DNA of 64,000 nt from Verrucomicrobiia bacterium (GTDB taxonomy: Bacteria; Verrucomicrobiota; Verrucomicrobiia; JAWXBN01). Below the pieces are notes generated by a model, which saw only the letters and a list, made by a program, of their open reading frames with translations, did no database searches and was not told where the DNA came from. The stretch spans positions 13,634 through 77,633 of the forward strand of contig JANRIZ010000008.1 in NCBI GenBank assembly GCA_033764445.1. The letters run 5' to 3'. The first letter of the stretch is position 1. Every line of letters starts with the position of its first letter. Shown piece by piece: positions 36,528 to 46,678 of the stretch. The translations under genes were made by a program, and so were the position numbers.

Positions 36528-36808
36528 ATTTGTTAAATTCCAATAGATTGATGATTTTGATTCAAATGGTCAATAGTAGAATGCATTTTTAGCTTTAACG
36601 ATATTCAAATGATAAAAATTTGCGATTATTAAAAGCCTGCAATCAAATAATCTGGCTTTTGAAACCAGAGTTTTTAACCCAAAATAATCACTCGTTCCCA
36701 GAATTTTAAAAAACATACCCCCCCATTTTTTAAAATGGCAGGGTCATAAAATTAAAATCGCCCAATACTGATTCTTGTAAATCCACTCCGTTCTGTTATC
36801 CCTCACCC

Positions 36809-37189
36809 ATGACCAAAACCATCATTGCCACTGACCTCGCCCCCAAAGCGGTGGGGCCCTATTCACAAGCCGTTCGTACCGGAGACCTTCTTTTTATGGC
36901 CGGTCAAATTCCTTTGGACCCCCAAACGGGGGAAGTGGTGGGAACTGATATCAAAACCCAGACCACACGGGTTCTCGAAAACATCAGGGGGGTTCTTTCT
37001 TCCCAGGGGCTCACCACCCAGAATGTCGTCAAATGTACGGTTTTTCTGACCGATTTGGGTCACTTCGCGGCCATGAATGAAGTGTATGCCTCCTATTTCA
37101 ACTCGAATCCCCCCGCCCGGACCACGATCCAGATCAGCAAATTGCCCAAGGCTGCCCTGATTGAAATCGAGGCTATCGCCCATTATTGA
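36809..37189 (+). CDS. ridA: RidA/YjgF-family reactive intermediate deaminase
   Basis: APKAVGPYSQAV...GQIPLDP signature. Confidence 0.85.
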   Translation: MTKTIIATDLAPKAVGPYSQAVRTGDLLFMAGQIPLDPQTGEVVGTDIKTQTTRVLENIRGVLSSQGLTTQNVVKCTVFLTDLGHFAAMNEVYASYFNSNPPARTTIQISKLPKAALIEIEAIAHY

Positions 37190-37229
37190 CCCGGTTGTTC
37201 CGGTCATTTGATCCCCCGTCTTCCCTTCC

Positions 37230-38348
37230 ATGAATCTCGGCCTCCATTTTGTCGTCGGATTGCCCAAGGCGGACCTTGATTTTGAAACCCGCCGATGGCT
37301 GCGGGCGATCCGTCCCTCGGGTGTGATCCTTTTTGCCCGCAACATTCCCTCTCCGGAGCAGGCGGCGGATCTGACCCGGGAATTGCGTGCACTGCTGGGT
37401 GAGGACCTGCTCCTGTGTATCGACCACGAGGGAGGCCGGGTCAACCGGCTCAGGGACCATCTGGGTGTCATCCCCAGCGCCCAGCAGCTCGGGATTCTGG
37501 GGTCCGCACCGTTGGCCCGACGCCACGGGGTTCTTGCGGGTCGATTGCTCCGGCTCCTGGGTCTGAATTGGAACCTCGCCCCGGTTCTGGACCTGGCGCT
37601 CAAACGTGAGGTGGATAACGCGATTTCCGACCGCACCTTTTCCGCCGACCCCGCCGAGGTCACCCGCCTTTCCGCCGCATTTTGCGCGGGGTTGCTCTCC
37701 CAGGGGGTCATTCCCTGCGGCAAACATTTTCCCGGTTATGGCGCGGCCAACAAGGACCCGCACAAATCCCTGCCGGTCATTGACCGGACCCTCAAACAGC
37801 TCCGGGAGGAGGACCTGGTTCCCTACAAAAACCTGCTCCAGGCACGGCCCTCCCCGCTGCCCAGTCTCATGACCGCGCACGGACACTTTCCGGCGGTGCA
37901 TCCGGACCCCCGGCCCGCCTCTGTTTCGGGTCCGATCATGAACGGGTGGCTCCGGCGCCGGTTGCGCTACAAAGGCATTGTCATCACCGATGACCTGGAA
38001 ATGGGTGGGATCACCCAGGTGATGTCCGTCGGGGAGGCCTGTGTGCAGACGCTCCGGGCCGGGATCGATTTCAACCTCATCTGCCATACCCCCGATCTGA
38101 TGCTGCACTCGCTCGAGGCGGTGGAGAAGGCCCTCCGGGACGGCACATTGAAAACCAGGCTCCTGGAGCCGTCGGCCCGGCGCATCGCGCGGTTCAAAAA
38201 ACGGGTTCCCAAACCGCTTCCCTATTCCCCCGCACAATTTGCCCGACTGCGGGAACAGACCGCCCGCTTCACGGGGTCCGTCCTTGAAAAACTCCCCGCC
38301 GCCCGGCGAAAACTCGACTCTGGTCTGGCCGCTGTGGGCGAAAAATAG
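37230..38348 (+). CDS. nagZ: beta-N-acetylhexosaminidase (GH3, NagZ-like)
   Basis: GH3 motifs ...CIDHEGGRV..., KHFPGYG. Confidence 0.75.
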   Translation: MNLGLHFVVGLPKADLDFETRRWLRAIRPSGVILFARNIPSPEQAADLTRELRALLGEDLLLCIDHEGGRVNRLRDHLGVIPSAQQLGILGSAPLARRHGVLAGRLLRLLGLNWNLAPVLDLALKREVDNAISDRTFSADPAEVTRLSAAFCAGLLSQGVIPCGKHFPGYGAANKDPHKSLPVIDRTLKQLREEDLVPYKNLLQARPSPLPSLMTAHGHFPAVHPDPRPASVSGPIMNGWLRRRLRYKGIVITDDLEMGGITQVMSVGEACVQTLRAGIDFNLICHTPDLMLHSLEAVEKALRDGTLKTRLLEPSARRIARFKKRVPKPLPYSPAQFARLREQTARFTGSVLEKLPAARRKLDSGLAAVGEK

Positions 38349-38414
38349 GGGGACGTTGAGAACCGGGCACTGCCCGTTTGACCGGACGGGGGGCTGTTCA
38401 AACAACCCAATGCG

Positions 38415-38915
38415 TCACGACGCGTTGGGCCGGGGTTCCATGAAAAGTTTCAGGTCCCGGATCAGGGGTTGGAAGGCGGCCTCGACAAAGACCTGGTCCA
38501 GCAGACGGGACTTCATCCGGCGCAAAAAATCCACCCGTCCGCGTGACCAATGGCTCGAAACCTGCACCTGTGTCCCCAAAACGGTTTCCCCGACATTCAA
38601 CTGGATGGTCAGTCCGCGCAAAGCCCCGGGCGACAGCGGGGTCATTTCAATGGTGCGTTTCTGTTCGGATCGTTTCATGACCGCGATGAAATAATGCGGA
38701 TGCACCAGGACAGAATCCGTCACCAGGGCCAGTCGGAAATCCTGGATCTGCTGCCAGGGATTTGATTCCAGGCAGTCAAACGCCCGCCAGCGGTGGGAAA
38801 AATTCGGCCATCCGGACGGACGGGAGATCAGGCCCCAGACATCCTCAAGGGGACACTGGATGATCAGTTGATATATCGGTTTCATCTCCATCAACACAGG
38901 CCGAGAATGACGCAA
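38415..38915 (-). CDS. SRPBCC (polyketide cyclase/dehydrase-like) family protein
   Basis: N-terminal pattern IYQLIIQCPLEDVWGLISRPSGWPNF resembles Polyketide_cyc2. Confidence 0.4.
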   Translation of the reverse strand: MRHSRPVLMEMKPIYQLIIQCPLEDVWGLISRPSGWPNFSHRWRAFDCLESNPWQQIQDFRLALVTDSVLVHPHYFIAVMKRSEQKRTIEMTPLSPGALRGLTIQLNVGETVLGTQVQVSSHWSRGRVDFLRRMKSRLLDQVFVEAAFQPLIRDLKLFMEPRPNAS

Positions 38916-38949
38916 ATCGGCACAGGTTTGAAATAAAAAACGGATTTTT

Positions 38950-39603
38950 TCAGGCCTTGAGCATCAACACCGCAAACAGCCGCCCGGTCCGACCCTGCTC
39001 CATGCGGTACGAATAATACCGGTCCGGATGACACGCCGTGCAGATCCCTGAGTCGGCCACCTGCCCGATCCCCCGCTGCCGGCATTGATCCTGAATCATC
39101 GGGGCAATGTCGGTTTCATAGTGGCAGGCGTGGATGCACGGCCCGATAAACACCCGGTAATCGGACGGACCCGAGCCAAACCGCCCCATCATCCGGTCGA
39201 GTGTCTTTCCCACAATATCCGCCTCCGTCCCCTTCCTGCCGGAATGGATCAACGCGATGGCGGGGGTCCTGGCGTCATACACATAAACCGGAGCGCAGTC
39301 GGCGACATGAATTCCCAACGCCACACCGGGCCGGTCCGTAAAGAGTCCGTCCACCACGGGCACGGGGGAAAGGGTGTTGCCATCCACATACACACTCCCG
39401 TCCCCATGGGTCTGCTCACATCGGATCACCCGGTCAAAGTCCACTCCCTGCTGTCCGGAAATCCGACGATGGAACTCCTCCAACCGTGGCACGACAACGG
39501 CTTTTTCACCCTTCACATCGACCTTGGGTACTCTGACCGTGAAAAAATGTGCCACCGGCCAGCCAAGCACCGGCGCAAATTGCTCAAAGGGTTCGGGGGC
39601 CAT
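38950..39603 (-). CDS. pgeF: YfiH/PgeF-family purine nucleoside phosphorylase (laccase-domain protein)
   Basis: Family His/Cys residues, C-terminal ...CTACHPDRYYSYRMEQGRTGR. Confidence 0.75.
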   Translation of the reverse strand: MAPEPFEQFAPVLGWPVAHFFTVRVPKVDVKGEKAVVVPRLEEFHRRISGQQGVDFDRVIRCEQTHGDGSVYVDGNTLSPVPVVDGLFTDRPGVALGIHVADCAPVYVYDARTPAIALIHSGRKGTEADIVGKTLDRMMGRFGSGPSDYRVFIGPCIHACHYETDIAPMIQDQCRQRGIGQVADSGICTACHPDRYYSYRMEQGRTGRLFAVLMLKA

Positions 39604-39810
39604 GGGCTCGACTCAAGAGTATCTGCGGGGAGGTTTCAACCCGTATTATTCGGGGCGTCAGTTCTCCGGCAGAGGGCATTATCTGGTCACCCCACGGCAA
39701 ACTCCTGAAGAGGTTATTTTACACTACAAATAGCGTGAAAAACATCAAAAACCACAACTAATGGTGGTTTTTAACTTGCCCCCCACGGAACTTTTCCTAA
39801 TCTCATCGGG

Positions 39811-42800
39811 ATGTATTTGAAGACTCTCACGGCGGTTGGTTTCAAAAGTTTTGCGGACAAGGTTGAACTTCATTTCCCGCCGGGGGTCACGGCCATTGTC
39901 GGACCCAACGGCTGTGGAAAAAGCAACGTCTCGGATTCCATCCGTTGGGTTTTGGGCGAACAATCCGCCAAATCCCTGCGCGCCGGGGCGATGGCGGACG
40001 TGATTTTCAGCGGGACGGACAGCCGCAAACCGCTGAACATGTCCGAGGTGTCACTGACCTTTGCGGACTGCGAGTCCGTTTTGGGGGTTGAGTACAATGA
40101 GGTGACCATCACCCGCCGTCTTTTCCGGGACGGGCAGAGTGAGTACGAGATGAACAAAACCCCCTGCCGTCTCAAGGATATCCACCAGCTTTTCATGGAT
40201 ACCGGGATCGGACGCTCGGCGTATTCGATGATGGAGCAGGGCAAGATTGACAAGATTCTCTCGGCCAAACCCGAGGACCGGCGCGAGGTTTTCGAGGAGG
40301 CGGCGGGGATCACAAAGTACAAATCGCAGAAACGGGAGGCACTGCGCAAACTCGAATATACGGAGGCCAATCTCCTGCGTTTGACCGATATCATCAAGGA
40401 GGTCAAACGCCAGATCGGCTCCCTCCAGCGTCAGGCCGGAAAGGCGCGACGCTACAAGGAACTTTTGGAGCAGATGCGCTCCTCGGAAACACGGCTCTCG
40501 CGCCACAAATACGATGTGCTTTCCAGTGAGGTCAACCGGCTCCAATCCCAGGCGGATAATCTCCGCTTCGAGTTCGAGCAACTTTCCTTCACGCTCGAAA
40601 CCCAGGAAATCCAGATTTCCCAGCACCGGTCGGAGCTGGAACTGCTGGAAACCAAGGTTGCCGATGCGCGCCAGGACCACACCGGCATCCGCACCCGGGT
40701 GGAACGGGGTCAGAATCTCATCCGGGTCAACCATGAACGCATTGCGGAGGGCGAAAGCCTCATTTCCCAGTATCGCGCGGAGGTTTCGGCGGCGGAGGAA
40801 AAGATCAAAATCCAGCAGGAACAACTCGGTTCCATCCGCTCGATGATTGAGGAAAACATGAGCGGGATGAATCTTGCCCAGGAAACGCTTTTGCAGAAAC
40901 AATCCGCGCTCGCCCACATCACCGGGGAACTGCACACCAAGGACGGCCAGATCGATGCCGCCCAGCGTGAGGCGCAGACTGTTGAAAGAAAAATCAGCCA
41001 GCTTCGCATGCAGATTGAGCAGATTGAGGGAACAATCCAGACCCAGGGAATCCGTCGGGAAAAACTTTCGGATGATCAGGCCCAGCTCACCGGACAGGAA
41101 TCCGCCCTGAAAGCCCGGCTGACGTCCCTGGAGGTCTCCACCACACAGGCCCGTGAAAAAACCGCCGCACTCACCTCCTCCATCACGCGGGAGGAAACCG
41201 CCCTCCACGAGGCGGAGGCCCATTGGCGCTCCAGTCTGGAATCCATTTCCCTTCAGCAAAATGAGCTGGCGGCGGCCCGTTCCAAGCTCGAAGTCCTGTC
41301 GCAAATGGCGGCGGAAGGGGGCAGTGCCGGCACGGGAGCCCAGGCCATTCTCTCCGGAGAGCTGGCTCCGGAACTCTCCGCGAAGGTGATGGGCACACTT
41401 TCCAGTCTCATTGAGGTCAAATCCGAATACGTCACGGCCATTGAGGCCGCCCTGGGCAGCGCTTTGGAGGCGGTCGTCGTGGATACCCCGGAAACGGCCC
41501 TGTCCCTGCTCCAGGTACTTTCCACCAGGGAAAAAGGCACGGCCACGCTCATCCCCGTCGACATGATCCGCAACATGCGGCAGGAATTCCCGGGGAATCT
41601 TCCCCCGGAGGCGATCGGATGGGCCTACCAGCAGGTGACCGCCCCGGAATCCGTGGGCACCTATGTGTACAAATTGCTCCAGGGATATGTGCTGACCCGG
41701 ACTCTGGAGGAGGCTGTCGCCCTCCACAAAATGTTCCCCTGCCTCTCCGCAGTGACTCTCGCCGGGGAAACGGTGGTTTCCCCCGGGCTGATGAAGGGCG
41801 GACGCGACAGGGCGGGGACGAGTTCCCTCCTCAATCGCAAGGCCCACCTGGCTGAAATCCAAGTCTCGATCCAGGCATTGACCGCTGAATTGGAGAGACG
41901 CCAGGAAGCCGGTCAATCGGCGGAGGCTGCCAAAAAGGCCCTTGAGGAAAGGCTCAGGGAATTGCGCGCCCTTCTGCGCACCGAGGAAAATGAGCTGGCC
42001 ACAAAAACCTCGGAGCTCCGCCAGGCCCAGCGCGAAATTTCCGATTTCAAAGCGCGCAGCGAACAGATGGTCCGCGAGGTGGATGCCGCGGCGGCACAGG
42101 TGACCGAATCCGCGGCGCGTCAGAACCAGTTGCAGGAACAGCTTCAATCCCTGCTGGAGGAGGAGGCCCGCGGACGTGAGACGTTGGCCACGTTGCAGGC
42201 GGAGTTCGACGCGATCACTCCCCGGGAACAGGCCGCACAGGCGGAGTTCCTCGATGCCAAGGTGGCGGCGGCCACGGAAAAACAGAAGATCGAGGCCATG
42301 CAGTCCCAGTGTGACCCCATTGCCGCCCGTCTGCGGGAGCTGGCGGAAATGATCAGTCAGCGCGAGACGGATATTCTCCGGTACAATGAAAAAATCGATT
42401 CCCTGCGGTCCGAAATCGCCCGGACAGAGGAGTCGCTGGCCGGGTCCGATGAAGCACTGGCCCGGGCCCAGTCCAAAATTGACGAGCTGACCGCCTACCG
42501 CAAGGACATCCATGCCAAGGTCGAGGAAGCCGACCGCGAGGTCCGCAGTCGGCGGGTCCACCAGCAGGAACTCAACAACCAGCGCAGTTCGGTGGATGTG
42601 CAGCTGGCCCAACGCCGCATTTTCATCGACAACCTCCGCGAACACATCCAGAAACGGTATCAGGTCAATCTCGAGGAGATTGTCCTGGAGGTGCAGGTCG
42701 AGGGGGAATCCATCGAACCCAACTGGGAGGAACTGGAAAAACAGGTCCGGGAAATGCAGGAACGTCTTGATGAGATGGGCCCGATCAACATCGAGGCCAT

Positions 42801-43479
42801 CACGGAGTATGATGACCTGGAAACACGCCACACCTTCCTCAACAACGAGTACGAGGACCTGGTCAAGGCCAAGGAAAACATCCTGGAGGCCATCAACCAG
42901 ATCAACAAGACCACCCATGTGCTTTTTGCCGAAACATTCGAGCAGATCCGGGTCAACTTCCAGCAGGTGTACGTGGAACTCTTCGGCGGTGGCAAGGCCA
43001 ATTTGATTCTTCAGGATGAAAATGATCCGCTCGAATGCGGCATCGAAATTGTTGCCAAACCTCCGGGGAAACAACTCCAAAGCATCCAGCTTCTTTCCGG
43101 CGGAGAAAAAACCATGACGGCGGTGGCCCTCCTTTTCGCCATGTACATGGTCAAACCCAGTCCCTTCTGCGTGCTGGACGAAATGGACGCGCCCCTGGAC
43201 GAATCCAACATCAATCGGTTTCTGAAAATCCTGACCCGTTTCAAGGATCAGTCTCAGTTTGTACTGATTACTCACAATAAGCGCACGATTGGCTTTTCCG
43301 ATGTGTTGTACGGGGTGACGATGCAGGAAAGTGGCGTTTCCAAGGTCGTCTCTGTGAAATTCAACCACAATGATCCTCTTACCGGGGGCCATGCAAAAAC
43401 TCTCGAAGGCGAGGTGCCGAGCATCTCCGAAAGCATGGGCAAACCGCTGGATGTTCCGGAACCGGCCACACAGATGTGA
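39811..43479 (+). CDS. smc: chromosome segregation protein SMC
   Basis: 1222 aa; N-terminal Walker A GPNGCGKSN, long coiled coils, hinge, C-terminal LSGGEKT signature and Walker B. Confidence 0.95.
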   Translation: MYLKTLTAVGFKSFADKVELHFPPGVTAIVGPNGCGKSNVSDSIRWVLGEQSAKSLRAGAMADVIFSGTDSRKPLNMSEVSLTFADCESVLGVEYNEVTITRRLFRDGQSEYEMNKTPCRLKDIHQLFMDTGIGRSAYSMMEQGKIDKILSAKPEDRREVFEEAAGITKYKSQKREALRKLEYTEANLLRLTDIIKEVKRQIGSLQRQAGKARRYKELLEQMRSSETRLSRHKYDVLSSEVNRLQSQADNLRFEFEQLSFTLETQEIQISQHRSELELLETKVADARQDHTGIRTRVERGQNLIRVNHERIAEGESLISQYRAEVSAAEEKIKIQQEQLGSIRSMIEENMSGMNLAQETLLQKQSALAHITGELHTKDGQIDAAQREAQTVERKISQLRMQIEQIEGTIQTQGIRREKLSDDQAQLTGQESALKARLTSLEVSTTQAREKTAALTSSITREETALHEAEAHWRSSLESISLQQNELAAARSKLEVLSQMAAEGGSAGTGAQAILSGELAPELSAKVMGTLSSLIEVKSEYVTAIEAALGSALEAVVVDTPETALSLLQVLSTREKGTATLIPVDMIRNMRQEFPGNLPPEAIGWAYQQVTAPESVGTYVYKLLQGYVLTRTLEEAVALHKMFPCLSAVTLAGETVVSPGLMKGGRDRAGTSSLLNRKAHLAEIQVSIQALTAELERRQEAGQSAEAAKKALEERLRELRALLRTEENELATKTSELRQAQREISDFKARSEQMVREVDAAAAQVTESAARQNQLQEQLQSLLEEEARGRETLATLQAEFDAITPREQAAQAEFLDAKVAAATEKQKIEAMQSQCDPIAARLRELAEMISQRETDILRYNEKIDSLRSEIARTEESLAGSDEALARAQSKIDELTAYRKDIHAKVEEADREVRSRRVHQQELNNQRSSVDVQLAQRRIFIDNLREHIQKRYQVNLEEIVLEVQVEGESIEPNWEELEKQVREMQERLDEMGPINIEAITEYDDLETRHTFLNNEYEDLVKAKENILEAINQINKTTHVLFAETFEQIRVNFQQVYVELFGGGKANLILQDENDPLECGIEIVAKPPGKQLQSIQLLSGGEKTMTAVALLFAMYMVKPSPFCVLDEMDAPLDESNINRFLKILTRFKDQSQFVLITHNKRTIGFSDVLYGVTMQESGVSKVVSVKFNHNDPLTGGHAKTLEGEVPSISESMGKPLDVPEPATQM

Positions 43480-43731
43480 CGGATTTGTCTTCCAACCTTT
43501 AATGACGATTGGTTTTTCACTTCGGCCTGGAGGGAAGGGTGAATAATTTGGATCGGGCCGTTTTTACCATTGAACGGCAAAAATACTCATTTGGCGGAAA
43601 GATCATTATTTCAAAATGGCAATTATTATATTTTTAATAATTTATATAATTCATAAAACATTAAACAGCATATACTTAATATGATTTGATTTTTAACTGA
43701 CAACATATATAGTATTTAAAAGTATTCAGCT

Positions 43732-43920
43732 ATGTCGAAACCTGATCCCCAATTATCCCCTCAGGAAAATTCCTCCTCAAACTCAGGAGATGAAAAAAAT
43801 GTCTTGCTGGACGATTCCGTAGAAAAAAATCAGTCGGAGAAAACGCCCGAATTTACGGTCTCATTGTCTGATTCCGGTACATACAAAATCTCGGCAATTT
43901 CCTCCCAGTTCGGAAAATAA
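43732..43920 (+). CDS. small protein, paralog family A (C-terminal motif TYKISAISSQFGK)
   Basis: 62-aa ORF in a ~28% GC islet; C-terminus P[ED]F...G[TS][YF]K[IL]SA[IT]S..[FY]GK shared with 44212..44427. Confidence 0.4.
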   Translation: MSKPDPQLSPQENSSSNSGDEKNVLLDDSVEKNQSEKTPEFTVSLSDSGTYKISAISSQFGK

Positions 43921-44211
43921 ATTTTAAAATATCTGCTTTTCCCTTTTTTGTCTTATTCAGTTGGATTTTTTTAATTTCCAATATTTTTTCATAAAATTAT
44001 TGTTTTTTCAATTCTGACTGTATTTCAGTCTCCGGACAGTCGTTTTGTCGATTTTTACGTACCGTTCATAATTTTATATTTATCTATATTGTGTCAAATA
44101 TTATATTTTTTATAATTTTATCTATCTGTAAAGTGTTGAATAAAAGTAACTTAAAAATATTTGATTAAAAATAAAAATGCTTTACTCTTACCTCAACAAC
44201 GAGGAGAAAAT

Positions 44212-44427
44212 ATGATCAAAAAGATTCTTAATTTTGACTTCAAATTAAATCGTCCTGAAAAAACAAATTCAATACCCACCTCCAAATGCGATACCAAAGT
44301 CATTATTCTCCCCATCGCAGGGAAGAGGCAACCCGAACCGCTTCCTGACTTCATTTTTGCCCCCACCAAGACAGGCAGCTTCAAACTTTCAGCCACCTCC
44401 AAGTATTTCGGGAAAAAAAAGATATGA
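44212..44427 (+). CDS. small protein, paralog family A (C-terminal motif SFKLSATSKYFGKK)
   Basis: Start moved to ATG 44212, preceded by gaggag; its stop overlaps the ATG of the downstream receiver-like gene (ATGA). Confidence 0.4.
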   Translation: MIKKILNFDFKLNRPEKTNSIPTSKCDTKVIILPIAGKRQPEPLPDFIFAPTKTGSFKLSATSKYFGKKKI

Positions 44428-44903
44428 ATGGCATCCTCCTCTACGAATCGAACCCCGCCCTTTCATCCTACTTCTCCCGCCTGTTCAACGATTTTGCCAA
44501 GGAGGACACTTTCATCCTGACGACGGAGTCCCTTTCCGAAACCACCCGGATTCTGGAGGACATCCATATCCAGCTTTTTGTATTTCATGAGGATGTTCCC
44601 AGCCTGGGCAGCGTGGAGCTGCTCCATCTCATCCGCAACCGGTTTCCGCTGACCCGGACCATGGTATTGACAGAAAGTGTCAATCCGGACCAGAAGGCGC
44701 TCTATCTCGAAAATGGGGCCATCGCAGTCACCACATTTCCGGATTCCCCGGAATCCGCCTCGCGTCTGCGGGAATCCATCCGGTCCATCATCAATTCCCG
44801 TCGCATGCCGGCCCTGCCGCGGTACCTGAACCGGTTGAGCGAGTCGATGGGCCTGGGTCTGGAGCAGCGGTCCCCCATGGATCAGGATATGGAACTGGCC
44901 TGA
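44424..44903 (+). CDS. degenerate receiver (REC)-like single-domain protein (phospho-acceptor Asp position occupied by His; Lys missing)
   Basis: ILLYES...IQLFVFHEDVPSLGSVELLHLIRNRFPLTRTMVLTES follows the CheY-like beta1/beta3/beta4 pattern but lacks the DD pair and the conserved D and K. Confidence 0.4.
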   Translation: MNGILLYESNPALSSYFSRLFNDFAKEDTFILTTESLSETTRILEDIHIQLFVFHEDVPSLGSVELLHLIRNRFPLTRTMVLTESVNPDQKALYLENGAIAVTTFPDSPESASRLRESIRSIINSRRMPALPRYLNRLSESMGLGLEQRSPMDQDMELA

Positions 44904-44993
44904 TCTGTCGGGTGGTCCGAAAGATGGGGTTCCCAGGCACCCCGTCTTTTTAGATTGCGCGATTGATCAATTCCCGCCAGAAAAGGGCATCCT

Positions 44994-45575
44994 ATGAAAT
45001 ACAAGACGTTCCTTCTGTTTGGCGCCCCCGGCAGTGGCAAGGGCACTCAGGGAATGATTCTGGGCCGGGTTCCCGGATATTTTCACTGTGCCTGCGGGGA
45101 TGTGTTCCGCTCGGTGGACCTGACCAGTCCCATCGGGAAAGCCTTTCTGGAATATTCCTCGCGCGGTCAGCTTGTGCCCGACGACGTGACCATCGACCTT
45201 TGGAAAAACTCCCTCGACGGGGCGGTCCACACCAAAAGGTTCAAACCGGAGACAGACTACCTGGTTCTCGATGGCATTCCCCGCAATGTCGAACAGTCCA
45301 AAATTCTGGAGGCTCACCTGGATGTCATCCGCGTGTTCCATCTGACCTGTGCGGACCGCTCCAAGGTCATCGAACGTCTCAAACGCCGTGCCATCAAGGA
45401 TAACCGCCAGGATGACGCCAATGACGAGGTCATCCGCAAACGTCTCGAAGTCTACGATCACGAATCCAAACCGGTACTGGAGTTTTATGGGACCTCCAAG
45501 CTCATCCATATCAATGCCGAACAACGCCCGGATCAGGTGCTTCGGGACATTCTGGATGTGACGGCGGTGCTCTGA
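44994..45575 (+). CDS. adk: adenylate kinase
   Basis: P-loop GAPGSGKGTQ; LID region. Confidence 0.9.
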   Translation: MKYKTFLLFGAPGSGKGTQGMILGRVPGYFHCACGDVFRSVDLTSPIGKAFLEYSSRGQLVPDDVTIDLWKNSLDGAVHTKRFKPETDYLVLDGIPRNVEQSKILEAHLDVIRVFHLTCADRSKVIERLKRRAIKDNRQDDANDEVIRKRLEVYDHESKPVLEFYGTSKLIHINAEQRPDQVLRDILDVTAVL

Positions 45576-45645
45576 TTTGCATTGATCTGCCCCTCCCATC
45601 GGCCCGACCAGGGCCACGCCCCCAATCCCTCTCCCCCCACTCTGA

Positions 45646-46593
45646 ATGCTTCGAATCGTCTTTATCGGCTCCGCTTCCCTGGCCTCCCCCTCACTGGATA
45701 TGCTCTGTTCCCGGCCTGAATTCACGGTCGTGGGGGTGGTGACACAGCCCGACCGTCCGGCCGGACGCAGGATGGAACTGACCCCCTGTCCTCTCAAGGA
45801 AACGGCCCTCCAGCATCACCTGCCGGTTTTTCAGCCGGCCAAAATCAGATCCCCGGATGCCATCGCACAAATTGCCTATCTGAAACCGGATGCCATTGTC
45901 GTGGCCGCCTATGGACAGATTCTCCCCAAGTCAATCCTGGACCTGCCGCCTCTGGGGACTTTCAACGTCCATGCCTCCCTCCTGCCTGCCTACCGGGGGG
46001 CCGCACCGATCCAGTGGGCGTTACTGGACGGGAAAAGTGTTTCCGGGGTCACCATCATGAAGGTCGATGAGGGTCTCGATACGGGGGATATCCTCCTCCA
46101 GGAAAAAGTCCATATCCGGCGTTCCGAAAATGCCCAGACCCTCCACGACCGACTCGCGGCCTCCGGTGCAAAACTTCTCGTGGAGGCCCTGCTGAAGGCG
46201 CAGGCCGGAAAGCTTGTTCCTGTCGCCCAGCCGGCGGATTCAACGACCGACTACGCCCGGAAACTGACCCGTGAGGATACGCATCTGGATTGGACACGTC
46301 CCCCGCTCGAGCTATGGTTCAAAATCCGCGCCTTTGCACCCCGGCCCGGAGCCTATGCGATGATGGTCAGCGGCATGGATCGGAAAAGTCTCAAGGTTTT
46401 TGAGGTGATCATCTCCCGCCGTGCCACGGGCAAGCCGGGGGAAATCCTGCGTCTGGACAAACACGGCATTCTGGTGGCGGCCTCGAAGGGTGGATTGCTC
46501 CTGCGTGAAGTGCAGATCGAGGGTAAAAAGCGGATGCCGGCGGCGGAACTGATCAATGGCAACCTCCTCAAGGTCGGCGATATTCTGCAGTAG
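45646..46593 (+). CDS. fmt: methionyl-tRNA formyltransferase
   Basis: RIVFIGS...NVHASLLPAYRGAAPIQWALLDG formyl-transferase core plus C-terminal domain. Confidence 0.9.
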   Translation: MLRIVFIGSASLASPSLDMLCSRPEFTVVGVVTQPDRPAGRRMELTPCPLKETALQHHLPVFQPAKIRSPDAIAQIAYLKPDAIVVAAYGQILPKSILDLPPLGTFNVHASLLPAYRGAAPIQWALLDGKSVSGVTIMKVDEGLDTGDILLQEKVHIRRSENAQTLHDRLAASGAKLLVEALLKAQAGKLVPVAQPADSTTDYARKLTREDTHLDWTRPPLELWFKIRAFAPRPGAYAMMVSGMDRKSLKVFEVIISRRATGKPGEILRLDKHGILVAASKGGLLLREVQIEGKKRMPAAELINGNLLKVGDILQ

Positions 46594-46678
46594 GGTCGGT
46601 GGCGGTTTTCCCGGGCGACCCTCCCCGCCGTTTATTCTTTGAAAATCCCCCGGATTCAGCCTTCAATTCCCCATCCGA

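Noticed and set aside
37173-38405. 410-aa minus-strand ORF
   Set aside because: Antisense to nagZ (GH3 motifs on the plus strand).
40051-43392. 1113-aa ORF on the minus strand
   Set aside because: Entirely antisense to smc. The GAG/CTC-rich coiled-coil coding sequence keeps the mirror frame open, and it has no independent start context or domains.
44967-45797. 276-aa minus-strand ORF
   Set aside because: Antisense to adk (clear P-loop kinase on the plus strand).
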